Of a stretch of 64,000 bases of DNA, positions 56,046 through 64,000 are shown piece after piece. Each line of letters opens with the position of its first letter. Position 1 is the stretch's first letter. The notes under the pieces were generated by a model. It was not told the origin of the DNA and ran no database searches. It saw nothing but the letters and a program-made list of their open reading frames with translations. The stretch lies in the sequence record MK308675.1; one strand, written 5' to 3'. The position numbers were made by a program, and so were the translations under genes.

Positions 56046-56295
56046 CTTTTAACTCTTCGGTGATTTCTTTACGGAACGCGATAAGTTCCGCTTGGATTTT
56101 CTTAGCTTCGGAGATTTGAAGCGTTAGGGTGGTGTCGGTAGCACGACCTGAGTTAGGCGTAATAGTAGAAAGCTTAGGGCGCTTTTTAGTAAGCTTACTG
56201 ATAGCGTCTTTAATTTCCAGGTTAGTAGACGTAATGCGCTGTAGTTCGAGAAGAAGGGAAAGGTTAAAACCTTTTAGGCTTAGAGTGTTTGACAT
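56038..56295 (-). CDS. small helical or coiled-coil protein
   Basis: 85 aa with GAGGA RBS. Confidence 0.6.
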   Translation of the reverse strand: MSNTLSLKGFNLSLLLELQRITSTNLEIKDAISKLTKKRPKLSTITPNSGRATDTTLTLQISEAKKIQAELIAFRKEITEELKDD

Positions 56296-56320
56296 GTAGA
56301 GTCCTCTTTATAAGAATGAG

Positions 56321-56626
56321 TTAAACGCCGAAACGCTGTTCAACGTAACGGATGATGTATGGTGCCAAGATTACTTCGTACAGGCTATCGCACTTCTCGG
56401 TGCTGCCGTCGTTGGGTAGGACGCCATCGCGAATTAGCACGTAGTGGCGCTTGATGTCTCGGGGGTCCGTATCGTGTTTTTCCATGACCGCATCGATGAA
56501 CGTCTTAAGTTCATGTACGGTAGGCTGACGCTTTATGAACGCTCGACTTTCGGCAGGCTCTTTATTAGGTGCCTGACCGAACAGGTCCTGAAATACGTGC
56601 GCTTGTGAGCGGAAGTGCTGATGCAT
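56321..56626 (-). CDS. hypothetical protein
   Basis: 101 aa with GGAG RBS. Confidence 0.55.
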   Translation of the reverse strand: MHQHFRSQAHVFQDLFGQAPNKEPAESRAFIKRQPTVHELKTFIDAVMEKHDTDPRDIKRHYVLIRDGVLPNDGSTEKCDSLYEVILAPYIIRYVEQRFGV

Positions 56627-56712
56627 GTTTTGTTCTCCAAAAAATAAAATGTGATAGGTGGTTAAAAAGCCAGCACGGATGCTGGCTTTTTATTTCGGTA
56701 TTGCTTTATGCG

Positions 56713-57138
56713 TTACTCTTCTTCAGCTACTGCTTCTTCAGATGTAACTAGTGCAGCTACTTGAGCGTGCACTTGCTTGATTACGCTTTCCGGACCGAAC
56801 GTGTGAGTGATTGCAGAAGTCATGTAGTTATGACGCTCTTCATCTTTAATCGTTGCAGTCTTGTGGTAAGAGTGCTCAATCGCCATGTTTAGTTTAGGTG
56901 CAGTAAATGTACCTTGAACTTCTTCATAGCCAGACTCAATAGCCATTTCGCCAAGAGCAAGTGCAGAACCCGCTGTGAAGTCTTCAACATGCTGCATAGA
57001 CGCGCGGAAGTTTTCTTCAGTCAAACCTTCTGGTAGAGTTTCGATGATTGCTTCGTTATCAGTAACTAGGCCATCTTCAACTTTAGTCGTAGCTTTAAGA
57101 AGGTCACAGATGTTTTGCATTGCAGTTGTATTAGACAT
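56713..57138 (-). CDS. probably abundant early acidic protein; promoter and RBS nearly identical to chmA
   Basis: 141 aa; biased codons; monocistronic between a promoter and a terminator. Confidence 0.7.
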   Translation of the reverse strand: MSNTTAMQNICDLLKATTKVEDGLVTDNEAIIETLPEGLTEENFRASMQHVEDFTAGSALALGEMAIESGYEEVQGTFTAPKLNMAIEHSYHKTATIKDEERHNYMTSAITHTFGPESVIKQVHAQVAALVTSEEAVAEEE

Positions 57139-57186
57139 GATAGTCTCCTGGTTGTTGTATGGGAATTACCCGTTTAAATGCATAAA

Positions 57187-57206
57187 GACAATATAGGTGA
57201 TAGATT
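57187..57206 (-). promoter_or_regulatory. putative early promoter, twin of the chmA promoter
   Basis: AATCTATCACCTATATTGTC, 19/20 identical to the chmA copy. Confidence 0.65.
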
Positions 57207-57645
57207 ACTTTGAACGATACAAGTATGTAAACTCTCGTGGCGTGAATGTCAATACTCTACGTGATAAGAACGCATTGTAAATATCGACACCAACATCGTG
57301 CTGTTCAAAGTTAACTACTTGACGCACGGCCTCAGGGCGGTTGCGTTGTAGTGGTCGCTCAAAGGAGAAGCCGATGATGTCACCGCGAGGGATTGAAACC
57401 GTATGGCCTTCGATTGGCTGGAACGTGATAAGGTCGCCGTCTTCTTCAAAGTCATAAGACAGGAAGATGTCCATAGCTTGACGAGGAGAGGATTTTAACT
57501 CCTTCCCGAATTCGCCATAGGTATTGCAACTTTCTTCACGCACCCATTCTAAGTTCGCAGTATCGAACATCATCGATACGGCCTGATATTGCTTCATGGT
57601 GTTATCCATGCAGCGCAATAGCTCTGCTGTATTACCTAACCACAT
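57205..57645 (-). CDS. hypothetical protein
   Basis: 146 aa with AAGGAG RBS. Confidence 0.55.
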   Translation of the reverse strand: MWLGNTAELLRCMDNTMKQYQAVSMMFDTANLEWVREESCNTYGEFGKELKSSPRQAMDIFLSYDFEEDGDLITFQPIEGHTVSIPRGDIIGFSFERPLQRNRPEAVRQVVNFEQHDVGVDIYNAFLSRRVLTFTPREFTYLYRSK

Positions 57646-57656
57646 AGGGTTACTCC

Positions 57657-57956
57657 TTATAAGTCAAGAATCCAACCAGTATCGTTCTGAAGAGCGACTT
57701 GCTCATCTGCCTTCTTGATTTCGTTTTCGCGATTTCGACATTCTTCCAAGAACTCGATAACTAGTTGTGGTTTACGCTCATGTTTAGCTTGAGCAAGTGC
57801 ATCCTCAATGCGTTCTACATTGAGAGAGATATCGTTACGGCGGAGAATGTTCTCCATAGTAAGAGCTAGGGATTTCTCTGTACGGAAGCGTTTTAGAAAT
57901 TCACGGATTTCAGAACGTACAGTAAGAGAACCTGAGATAGTTACGATTGCTTTCAT
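57657..57956 (-). CDS. hypothetical protein
   Basis: 99 aa with AGGA RBS. Confidence 0.6.
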   Translation of the reverse strand: MKAIVTISGSLTVRSEIREFLKRFRTEKSLALTMENILRRNDISLNVERIEDALAQAKHERKPQLVIEFLEECRNRENEIKKADEQVALQNDTGWILDL

Positions 57957-58065
57957 TTTCTTTTCCTAATGGATTTTAAGAGGTAGTTAATAAAGTTTAA
58001 GTAGATTGTATCAAGATACATCGATAAAAGGCTCTGTGTGCGTTACAGAGCCTTTAGGCAAGTAT

Positions 58066-58860
58066 CTAAGCTAACTTGTTCACGTCGATATTCCATTTGC
58101 GGAAACGCTCAGGGTTATCGGTGTTCCAAGGAATCTCTCCACCTAGTATGCCCCAGATGACTCCGTTGGGTAGTCCGAAGAACGGATGGTCTCTCGGTAA
58201 GTCACAGCGTTTAGCGTCCGGATGGTTGATTGGGCTAGCTTGTTCGTCTTCGTTCGCAACACCGAACAGGAAGTAGCTATCTACCGACCCTTCGAAGTGA
58301 CCGTCTGGATTCTTACCTATTGCTGAAGCTCGAGGTATGTATGCGGACGGTTGAATGTTTACGATGATGGTTGCGTCATCTAAGTGAGTAACCAATAAGC
58401 CGCGTCCGACTTCTAGGTTCTGTCCTTTAGGGATAACGCTGTCCAAATCCCAACGAGTGAACTCTTGGTATGTAGGGTGGCACATCGCTTCTTCTACACG
58501 GTTACGTGCAGCCATCTTGCGAGCTTGACGCTCAGAACGAGGACGCAGTTGGATAACTGGCGACTCGGATGCTCTCTGAGGTTTAACCTCTCGAACATAA
58601 GGTTTCGTATTAAGGTTAGGGTTAGCGTCGACTTTAGGTTGGTCGTAGCGAGGACGGCTAGGTACTTCTACAACTTTCTCTTGGACAACAACTTTCTCTA
58701 CCTCTACGATTTTAGGTTCTACTGGGTCAACCGCTATTTGTAGCGTCTCGACACGAGCCCACGCAGACGGCTCAAAGAAACCTAAGGAAAGGATTACTAA
58801 CAGTGCAGTTGCAAAGTTAGCAATAGCCTTGCCCAAGCGCGTAAAGATATTACTTAACAT
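58066..58860 (-). CDS. secreted or membrane-anchored protein
   Basis: MLSNIFTRLGKAIANFATALLVILSLG...AWA signal-like N-terminus; Pro/Val/Glu linker. Confidence 0.65.
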   Translation of the reverse strand: MLSNIFTRLGKAIANFATALLVILSLGFFEPSAWARVETLQIAVDPVEPKIVEVEKVVVQEKVVEVPSRPRYDQPKVDANPNLNTKPYVREVKPQRASESPVIQLRPRSERQARKMAARNRVEEAMCHPTYQEFTRWDLDSVIPKGQNLEVGRGLLVTHLDDATIIVNIQPSAYIPRASAIGKNPDGHFEGSVDSYFLFGVANEDEQASPINHPDAKRCDLPRDHPFFGLPNGVIWGILGGEIPWNTDNPERFRKWNIDVNKLA

Positions 58861-58880
58861 AAAAGTATTCCTTATAAGTG

Positions 58881-58933
58881 GGCTAACGCCAGAGGAGTGC
58901 CCTCGTTAGAAGACACTCGAGTTGCGTTAGCTA
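58881..58933 (-). repeat. 53-bp structured repeat, copy 1
   Basis: 52/53 identical to 60235-60287. Confidence 0.9.
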
Positions 58934-59512
58934 GGTATGAAGAACGGCGTCTATGTACATTCTGTGTTCTTGGAAATAGGTAAAACCTTGCGTTTCCAGA
59001 CACAGTAGGCCGTCACGTAGGCCGTCAGCGATGAACTTTACAAGCTCGCTATCGCTGTCGCTTACTGAGAAAGTTTCACGTGCAAGAATGTCTTCGGTAG
59101 ACTTTAGTAAGTCCTCCGCGGACAGCCGTACTCGGTCAATGGCATCGTTCAGGCGGACCATGTCCTTACGCGACAGTCTTTTAGAAACCCATTCGGTAAA
59201 AGCCAAACGGCCACCTAGATAGCAAAGGCCAAGACCGATGCCGACCACCGCCAGCCATGCGTTCGCGCCGAACGCAGCGCCTTTAAGGAAGGCAGTTAGC
59301 TTGGCAAAACCCGATGCCTTGGCAGCGGATGCGGCGAGACCGCCACTAACGGCACTAGCGCCGGCAAAGCCAGCCAGAAAGGTATCTACAAAGACAATGT
59401 TGTTCTTAAAGCGACATCTCTCAGAGAAGAACTCCATTACGCTGGATTTGGTTTCGGCGGTCTTGATGGCGTACGCTATTTTGTTAAGCGTCAGTATGTC
59501 TTTCTTGTTCAT
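58931..59512 (-). CDS. membrane protein with Gly/Ala-zipper region
   Basis: FLAGFAGASAVSGGLAASAAKASG...AVVGIGLGLCYLGG. Confidence 0.6.
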   Translation of the reverse strand: MNKKDILTLNKIAYAIKTAETKSSVMEFFSERCRFKNNIVFVDTFLAGFAGASAVSGGLAASAAKASGFAKLTAFLKGAAFGANAWLAVVGIGLGLCYLGGRLAFTEWVSKRLSRKDMVRLNDAIDRVRLSAEDLLKSTEDILARETFSVSDSDSELVKFIADGLRDGLLCLETQGFTYFQEHRMYIDAVLHT

Positions 59513-59762
59513 TTTTTCTTTCCTTTATAAAGTCAATAATGGTAGATTCTTCGGGCTTGTTCTTATACACCCAAAGTAAGAGCATGTCTAGTTCTTTCCA
59601 AGGTTGGCCGTGTGGCTCCAGCCGACTCACCCCATGTGTTTTATGCCCGCTGATGGTAAGTAAGGTCTCTGCGAGTTTTTGGAAGTTTCTTTTATTTTCG
59701 ACCACCACTCCGGCAAGCTTCCCGCCGCCATAGAGCGCTACGAGTATCAGAATCGCTGGCAT
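59484..59762 (-). CDS. small N-anchored protein
   Basis: MPAILILVALYGGGKLAG; overlaps both neighbours. Confidence 0.55.
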   Translation of the reverse strand: MPAILILVALYGGGKLAGVVVENKRNFQKLAETLLTISGHKTHGVSRLEPHGQPWKELDMLLLWVYKNKPEESTIIDFIKERKNEQERHTDA

Positions 59763-60214
59763 GGTTTACCTCCGGCACGGACCATATACTCGTGAGCCAA
59801 AGGACTACCTTGGTTCTCTTTAAAAGTAAACGGAACAAAATCGGGCTGAGTAAGCTCTATTTCGCCCGAGTGCTCCTCGATGGTTACCGTGAGCCCATTC
59901 ATGGCGGCACGGACAACGCCCATCTCCCACGCGTACCATGCGAAGATAGAAGCATGCTCTAAATTTCTCTTAGTTCCTTCTTTGCCCCAAAGTTCAAAAT
60001 AGCGCTTTAGGTCGTAAGGCTTAGAAAAATCAAACATGAAGTCGATGTCTCGGCGGGTATATCCTTCCTCCAAGGCCTCTAACATGAAAGGACTAATGTC
60101 AAACGAGATAATCGCTTGACGTTCGTATGGTGGAATTCCAAACAGGAAAGAAACGACATAAGCGTAAAGCGTAAAGAACACTTTAACTGCGAAAGATTTA
60201 ATATTAGAAAACAT
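59747..60214 (-). CDS. early membrane protein, MF-x-x-IK cluster
   Basis: MFSNIKSFAVKVFFTLYAYVVSFLFG. Confidence 0.6.
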   Translation of the reverse strand: MFSNIKSFAVKVFFTLYAYVVSFLFGIPPYERQAIISFDISPFMLEALEEGYTRRDIDFMFDFSKPYDLKRYFELWGKEGTKRNLEHASIFAWYAWEMGVVRAAMNGLTVTIEEHSGEIELTQPDFVPFTFKENQGSPLAHEYMVRAGGKPCQRF

Positions 60215-60234
60215 AATAGTATTCCTTATTCTGA

Positions 60235-60287
60235 GGCTAACGCCAGAGGAGTGCCCTCGCTAGAAGACACTCGAGTTGCGTTAGCTA
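60235..60287 (-). repeat. 53-bp structured repeat, copy 2
   Basis: 52/53 identical to 58881-58933. Confidence 0.9.
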
Positions 60288-60332
60288 ACAATAGAGAACT
60301 CATCCTAGGCGTCCCCAGGATGAGTTAATGTG

Positions 60333-60632
60333 TTAGGCTTGTGCTTCGTCGCTAGCTTCTACTTGAGCGTTAACGTCGTCAGCTAGGTCGTGTTTCTCAG
60401 CTACAACAGGAGCTTCTACTGTAGACATGTCGTTAGTAGACTCAGTAGCAGGAACAGACTCTTCAATCTGCTCCATGACTTCTTCAGCTTCAGCCGAACC
60501 GATTTCAGTGAATGTTGCACAAACGAAAGTAACAAGAGCGAATGCCGCAGCAGCCCAAGTCTTAGGTGAAGTTAGGAAAGCCCAAGTTGCTTTAGCAGCA
60601 TTAACGATAGCGTTTTTGATAGTAGTAAACAT
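60333..60632 (-). CDS. early single-TM protein with acidic tail, MF-x-x-IK cluster
   Basis: MFTTIKNAIVNAAK...WAAAAFALVTFVCATF. Confidence 0.65.
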   Translation of the reverse strand: MFTTIKNAIVNAAKATWAFLTSPKTWAAAAFALVTFVCATFTEIGSAEAEEVMEQIEESVPATESTNDMSTVEAPVVAEKHDLADDVNAQVEASDEAQA

Positions 60633-60689
60633 AACGATGTTTCCTTATTTAAATGATTTCGAATTAGGTTTTAAGAATAGCGACTTAGA

Positions 60690-60887
60690 TTAAGCTGCCG
60701 CTGAAGCTTCGTCAGACTTACCGAATGGGTTAAGGCCAGACAGTTTCGCACCTAGTGCAGAGAACTTCTCTTTAGCAGAAGCTTTAACAGTTTGGAACTT
60801 AGCTTTAGCTTTAGTAGCTAGAGAAGATACAGCTGTTTTGATTGAAGCGAAACGAGTAGAGATTGAAGTTTTTACATTAGCGAACAT
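60690..60887 (-). CDS. 65-aa K/A/S-rich amphipathic protein with 11-mer repeats
   Basis: FANVKTSISTR / FASIKTAVSSL ... FQTVKASAKEK / FSALGAKLSGL. Confidence 0.7.
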   Translation of the reverse strand: MFANVKTSISTRFASIKTAVSSLATKAKAKFQTVKASAKEKFSALGAKLSGLNPFGKSDEASAAA

Positions 60888-60956
60888 AATAGTTCTCCTG
60901 ATTTGATTTAGTTAAATGAAAGATGCAGGAAGAGAGTCCTGCGGCTCGTAATTGAG

Positions 60957-61256
60957 TTAAGCTTTTGGAGTGCCGTCTTCGTTGTACTTGTCGAAGATAG
61001 CTTCTACGAAAGCAATGATGAACCCGTATGCCGCAAGTGTAGAGAATAGCACTACGAAGAATGCAATAGTCGGTAGACCGCCTAGTTCAATAGCAGTTGC
61101 TAGAGCAAGAGCAGCAACCCAGCCAAGCATGGTCAGCAATACGCCAGCGATGAATTTACCGAAGCGTGTTAGATGTGCCCAGAAACCTTCACCTTCAACG
61201 TCGTTGAAAAGGTGGCCAGAGATATTTGCGAAAGTAAGTTGAATAGTTGCGAACAT
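60957..61256 (-). CDS. early two-TM membrane protein
   Basis: MFATIQLTFANIS start followed by two long hydrophobic helices. Confidence 0.65.
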   Translation of the reverse strand: MFATIQLTFANISGHLFNDVEGEGFWAHLTRFGKFIAGVLLTMLGWVAALALATAIELGGLPTIAFFVVLFSTLAAYGFIIAFVEAIFDKYNEDGTPKA

Positions 61257-61335
61257 GATAGTTCTCCTTATGAGATAGAAAGTTATTTTGTGTTAAAAGC
61301 GGATTGACTATGTAGTACTAAGAATTTCTTGAAAG

Positions 61336-61704
61336 TTAAGCAAACGTTTTAGTTGCTACAACTCCAACCTTCTTAGCCTTACGAGCTTCCTCAGCTTTGT
61401 TACCGCCAGCATAGATGCACATGCTGTAGTGCTTAGGATTTTGTGGGTTAGCCGCTGCTTTACACTCGATAACGAATAGAGAGTAAAACACGATAGCTGA
61501 CATTTCAGGTACGCCGACTACTAGACCCAGGATGATAAGACCAACTGCAAGTAGTTCGCAGAGGCCAGCAAAGATAACAAGAATTTGACGACCAGTCTCA
61601 GATTCAGTGAACCATTCGATGATGTCAAGTACAAGAGTAAAGATACCCATTACTTTAGAGCGCACAGAAATGAACGCATTTGAAATTAGTGCTAACATAG
61701 TCAA
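61336..61704 (-). CDS. early two-TM membrane protein
   Basis: Likely start MLALISNAFISVRSK. Confidence 0.6.
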   Translation of the reverse strand: MTMLALISNAFISVRSKVMGIFTLVLDIIEWFTESETGRQILVIFAGLCELLAVGLIILGLVVGVPEMSAIVFYSLFVIECKAAANPQNPKHYSMCIYAGGNKAEEARKAKKVGVVATKTFA

Positions 61705-61738
61705 TGTCCTTAATGATAGAAAGTTAATTACACGAGGG

Positions 61739-61751
61739 CAATATAGGTTTT
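61739..61751 (-). promoter_or_regulatory. putative early promoter for the membrane-protein cluster
   Basis: AAAACCTATATTG. Confidence 0.6.
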
Positions 61752-61756
61752 AATAA

Positions 61757-62026
61757 TTATGCAGCTTTTGCACAATCGTCAAAGAAGTAAATCGGTTTAG
61801 CCATAATGCGTGCTTTAGCGTGAGCTGAAGTGTAAACATCTTTAAGGCGAGCTGGTGCAAAGAAAACTTCTTCCCATAGACGTGGATTGAAGTAAAGCAC
61901 AAGTAAAGCGATTGGTGAAACGACAGAAAGGATTGCCGATAGGAAAGCAAGCACTTCTAGTACAAAGCTGCCAACGTAGTAAAGTGGACGGTTAGCAAGT
62001 ACAATGTTTTTAGTTTTAGCGAACAT
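61757..62026 (-). CDS. early membrane protein
   Basis: MFAKTKNIVLANR start followed by a TM segment. Confidence 0.6.
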   Translation of the reverse strand: MFAKTKNIVLANRPLYYVGSFVLEVLAFLSAILSVVSPIALLVLYFNPRLWEEVFFAPARLKDVYTSAHAKARIMAKPIYFFDDCAKAA

Positions 62027-62132
62027 AGCAGTTCTCCTTTATGCCAAAAGAAAATTATACATACCCCTATCTGCTCGAGCAGATAGGAGGGGGTATGTTT
62101 AAAGGATTAATATAAGAGTGAGAGCATAAAGA

Positions 62133-62145
62133 TAATATGGGTTTT
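62133..62145 (-). promoter_or_regulatory. putative early promoter
   Basis: AAAACCCATATTA. Confidence 0.55.
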
Positions 62146-62208
62146 ACTTTTTCTTGAAAACGTGAAATAGGTAAGGATACGAGCCGAAGCCCGTATCCCT
62201 TTTATGCG

Positions 62209-62559
62209 CTAGGCCACAAAGTAGGCAAATACAACAGCCACTATCCCGAGGAATAACTGAAGACCTACAAATGTTGTCTTAACTTCTTCTTTCACCAGAG
62301 CATGTTTCAGGAAACTACCCCGAGGTCGCTTGAAGGTAACTGAGTTACCATTGGCACCGTAGTAGTGTTCGATGTTACATGCGTCGCACATAACCTTACG
62401 GATAAATGCAACAGGCTTAGGCGCCTTAACGTTAGTGAAGTCAGAAAAAGCTTTTTGTAGTCCCCAGATAAGAAGAGCCGCAAAAGCTAGGATAAGAATA
62501 GAGTACATGGTAATTGCCTCCGTAGTGTGATTACCAGAATGTTGAACTACGTGGGTCAA
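62209..62559 (-). CDS. membrane protein with N- and C-terminal TM segments
   Basis: Likely start MYSILIL (GGAGG RBS). Confidence 0.55.
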   Translation of the reverse strand: MTHVVQHSGNHTTEAITMYSILILAFAALLIWGLQKAFSDFTNVKAPKPVAFIRKVMCDACNIEHYYGANGNSVTFKRPRGSFLKHALVKEEVKTTFVGLQLFLGIVAVVFAYFVA

Positions 62560-63337
62560 TCAATTGAACTTTCTCCCAGCCCATGGCAGAGCGAATCATA
62601 GTTGAAGTAACTAAGTCATCTCCTTCCATGCCGATGCCGTCGAGTAGTTTGGCTTCCTGCTCAGATTTAAATAGAGCAGCCTCACTGATAGCGATAGGTT
62701 CATCTTTGTCAGGTGTCCAGATGCCTTCGTTAGAAGCATCGATACCTTCCATAGATGGCGTATCCCATTTGTTTGCTACAGCAATACCGCCATGGTTCAC
62801 TTGGTCCCACGTAACGATTAGTTTGATACGTTTATTTGGAACGCCGCCTTCATAAGTAGTAGGGTGCGTTAGAGTACGTATCGAGAAGTCGACATTCTCT
62901 TCTGGATTGTCAAACTTCTTCTCTAGTTGAGGACCATATAAGCCAGAGCCCTTAACCCAACCGAACACTTTAATAATGCGATTGCCTTTATCGTCTTTAC
63001 CTTCTTCTAGTCGTACTGACTTGATGTGGTGACCAACGAGTTCATTTGCAACGCGACCTACACGACTAACGAACATGCCGAAAGTCATACCAGGAACAGG
63101 ATAAGGGTGTTCAACCTCACCGTGTAGTTTACCGTTAGCGATTTGTTGCATTAGTCGAGAGCTAGGAGAGAACATAGCTTCAAGTTCTTTAGTGAAGCGG
63201 TAGAACTCGCCTTTCTCAGACATGCAGTTAAATGCACCTAAACAGATTTCACGATAACCATTGGCATCAATGGCCATCTTGCCAACTTTGTTGCGTGTCT
63301 GCAACACAGTGCTTTCATATAGAGCGATAGTAGACAT
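62531..63337 (-). CDS. prohead protease (phiKZ gp175-like)
   Basis: GEVEHP, HHIKSV, FSIRTL and VTWDQVNHGGI motifs. Confidence 0.85.
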   Translation of the reverse strand: MSTIALYESTVLQTRNKVGKMAIDANGYREICLGAFNCMSEKGEFYRFTKELEAMFSPSSRLMQQIANGKLHGEVEHPYPVPGMTFGMFVSRVGRVANELVGHHIKSVRLEEGKDDKGNRIIKVFGWVKGSGLYGPQLEKKFDNPEENVDFSIRTLTHPTTYEGGVPNKRIKLIVTWDQVNHGGIAVANKWDTPSMEGIDASNEGIWTPDKDEPIAISEAALFKSEQEAKLLDGIGMEGDDLVTSTMIRSAMGWEKVQLIDPRSSTFW

Positions 63338-63340
63338 TGT

Positions 63341-63994
63341 TTACAACCTCAACAGCGATTCTATTTCTTCTGTGGTCTCACTTGGGTTCACTAGGGAAGA
63401 TGCGATACCTGTTTTAAGGTACGAGCCCAATAAGCGAGACGCTGTATTATCAGCACCGAACGCGACACTTCGCAGTGGGATAATGTCAACTTCGGCGTTG
63501 TCGTAATCTTCTTGTGTAGCGAAACCTTCGCGTGCCGGAATAGAGCGGTCTGCCGGGTCACGAATACAAGAAGAGGCAAAGATAGATTGTAGGGACTGAC
63601 CACCACCCAAGTCTACACCTGCAAACTTAGGAGCAGAATAAAACAGTTCAGCGCGAGCACGGTGACCGATATACCAAGGCTGTTTGCCTTTAGCAACGAT
63701 TTCATCGTATACTTCGAACACTAATGTCTTCTTCTGTGCCAAACGATAGTTAGGACAGATAACGCTACCTTTAGTCCAGCTAAGAACATAGTAGCTACCT
63801 TCCTTGACTTTCACGACGCCTACTTCTTCAGGAGTAAAAGGCATGATAGCGTGCACGCGACTTAATGCGTAAGAGCCACCAACAATCCAACCTACGAAAC
63901 AGGCGGCATTGTAACGGCCGTCAATAGTGCCTAACTTACCGTTGAAGTAGTGCTCTGGAATGTGAAGTGAGATATCTTCTTTAGCAATCAGCAT
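63341..63994 (-). CDS. virion RNAP small subunit (phiKZ gp176-like)
   Basis: IPEHYFNGKLG...YYVLSW...RDP...LRSVAFGADNTASRLLGSY; sits upstream of the protease as in phiKZ-like phages. Confidence 0.7.
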   Translation of the reverse strand: MLIAKEDISLHIPEHYFNGKLGTIDGRYNAACFVGWIVGGSYALSRVHAIMPFTPEEVGVVKVKEGSYYVLSWTKGSVICPNYRLAQKKTLVFEVYDEIVAKGKQPWYIGHRARAELFYSAPKFAGVDLGGGQSLQSIFASSCIRDPADRSIPAREGFATQEDYDNAEVDIIPLRSVAFGADNTASRLLGSYLKTGIASSLVNPSETTEEIESLLRL

Positions 63995-64000
63995 GTGGTT

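Noticed and set aside
58881-58933. preQ1-I riboswitch (loop starts UUCUA) or an H-type pseudoknot via CTCG/CGAG
   Set aside because: There is no A-rich 3' tail or que-related gene, and the pseudoknot would need near-zero-length L1 and L3 loops.
1407-63606. Many opposite-strand or alternate-frame ORFs in the track (e.g. 1686-2039, 14659-15015, 35563-35904, 54063-54413)
   Set aside because: They lie inside long, motif-bearing genes and lack an RBS, so they are shadow ORFs.
1-64000. CRISPR array or other regularly spaced repeat-spacer array
   Set aside because: No three or more regularly spaced direct repeats were found; the 53-bp repeat has only two copies, 1.35 kb apart.
1-64000. tRNA, rRNA or tmRNA genes
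   Set aside because: No cloverleaf with TTC(G/A)A T-loop and CCA end was seen; the structured regions at 9 kb and 41 kb do not fit.

Overview
This is a 64-kb segment of a phiKZ-like, nucleus-forming jumbo phage (Chimalliviridae); almost all genes are on the minus strand. All family assignments come from motifs, recalled sequences and synteny, because no database search was run. Core blocks: (1) a nucleus/transcription block at 1-21.7 kb with the gp68-like nvRNAP subunit, a ChmC-like protein, SbcD/Mre11, the nvRNAP beta' N-terminal subunit, chimallin (chmA) and a gp50-like family B DNA polymerase; (2) a morphogenesis block at 43.8-55.9 kb with TerL, gp26-28-like virion proteins, tail sheath and tail tube; (3) the prohead protease and a gp176-like vRNAP subunit at the right end. 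The beta' gene is split inside its catalytic motif (NADFD|GD) by an 1822-nt group I intron (10275-12096) carrying an HNH homing endonuclease. Accessory regions hold the less explained material: two free-standing HNH homologues lacking the nuclease motif, one next to a ~450-nt hairpin-dense putative plus-strand RNA; a tandem array of ~9 diverged small paralogues; two free-standing major-capsid-domain-like genes; a cluster of early small membrane or amphipathic proteins with shared N-termini, including an 11-mer-repeat protein; tail-anchored paralogues; and a 53-bp structured repeat. An early-promoter-like motif (ACC[T/C]ATA[T/T]AR-type, e.g. ACCTATATTAC/G) recurs about 11 times. No PhuZ tubulin, tRNA or CRISPR array was seen.
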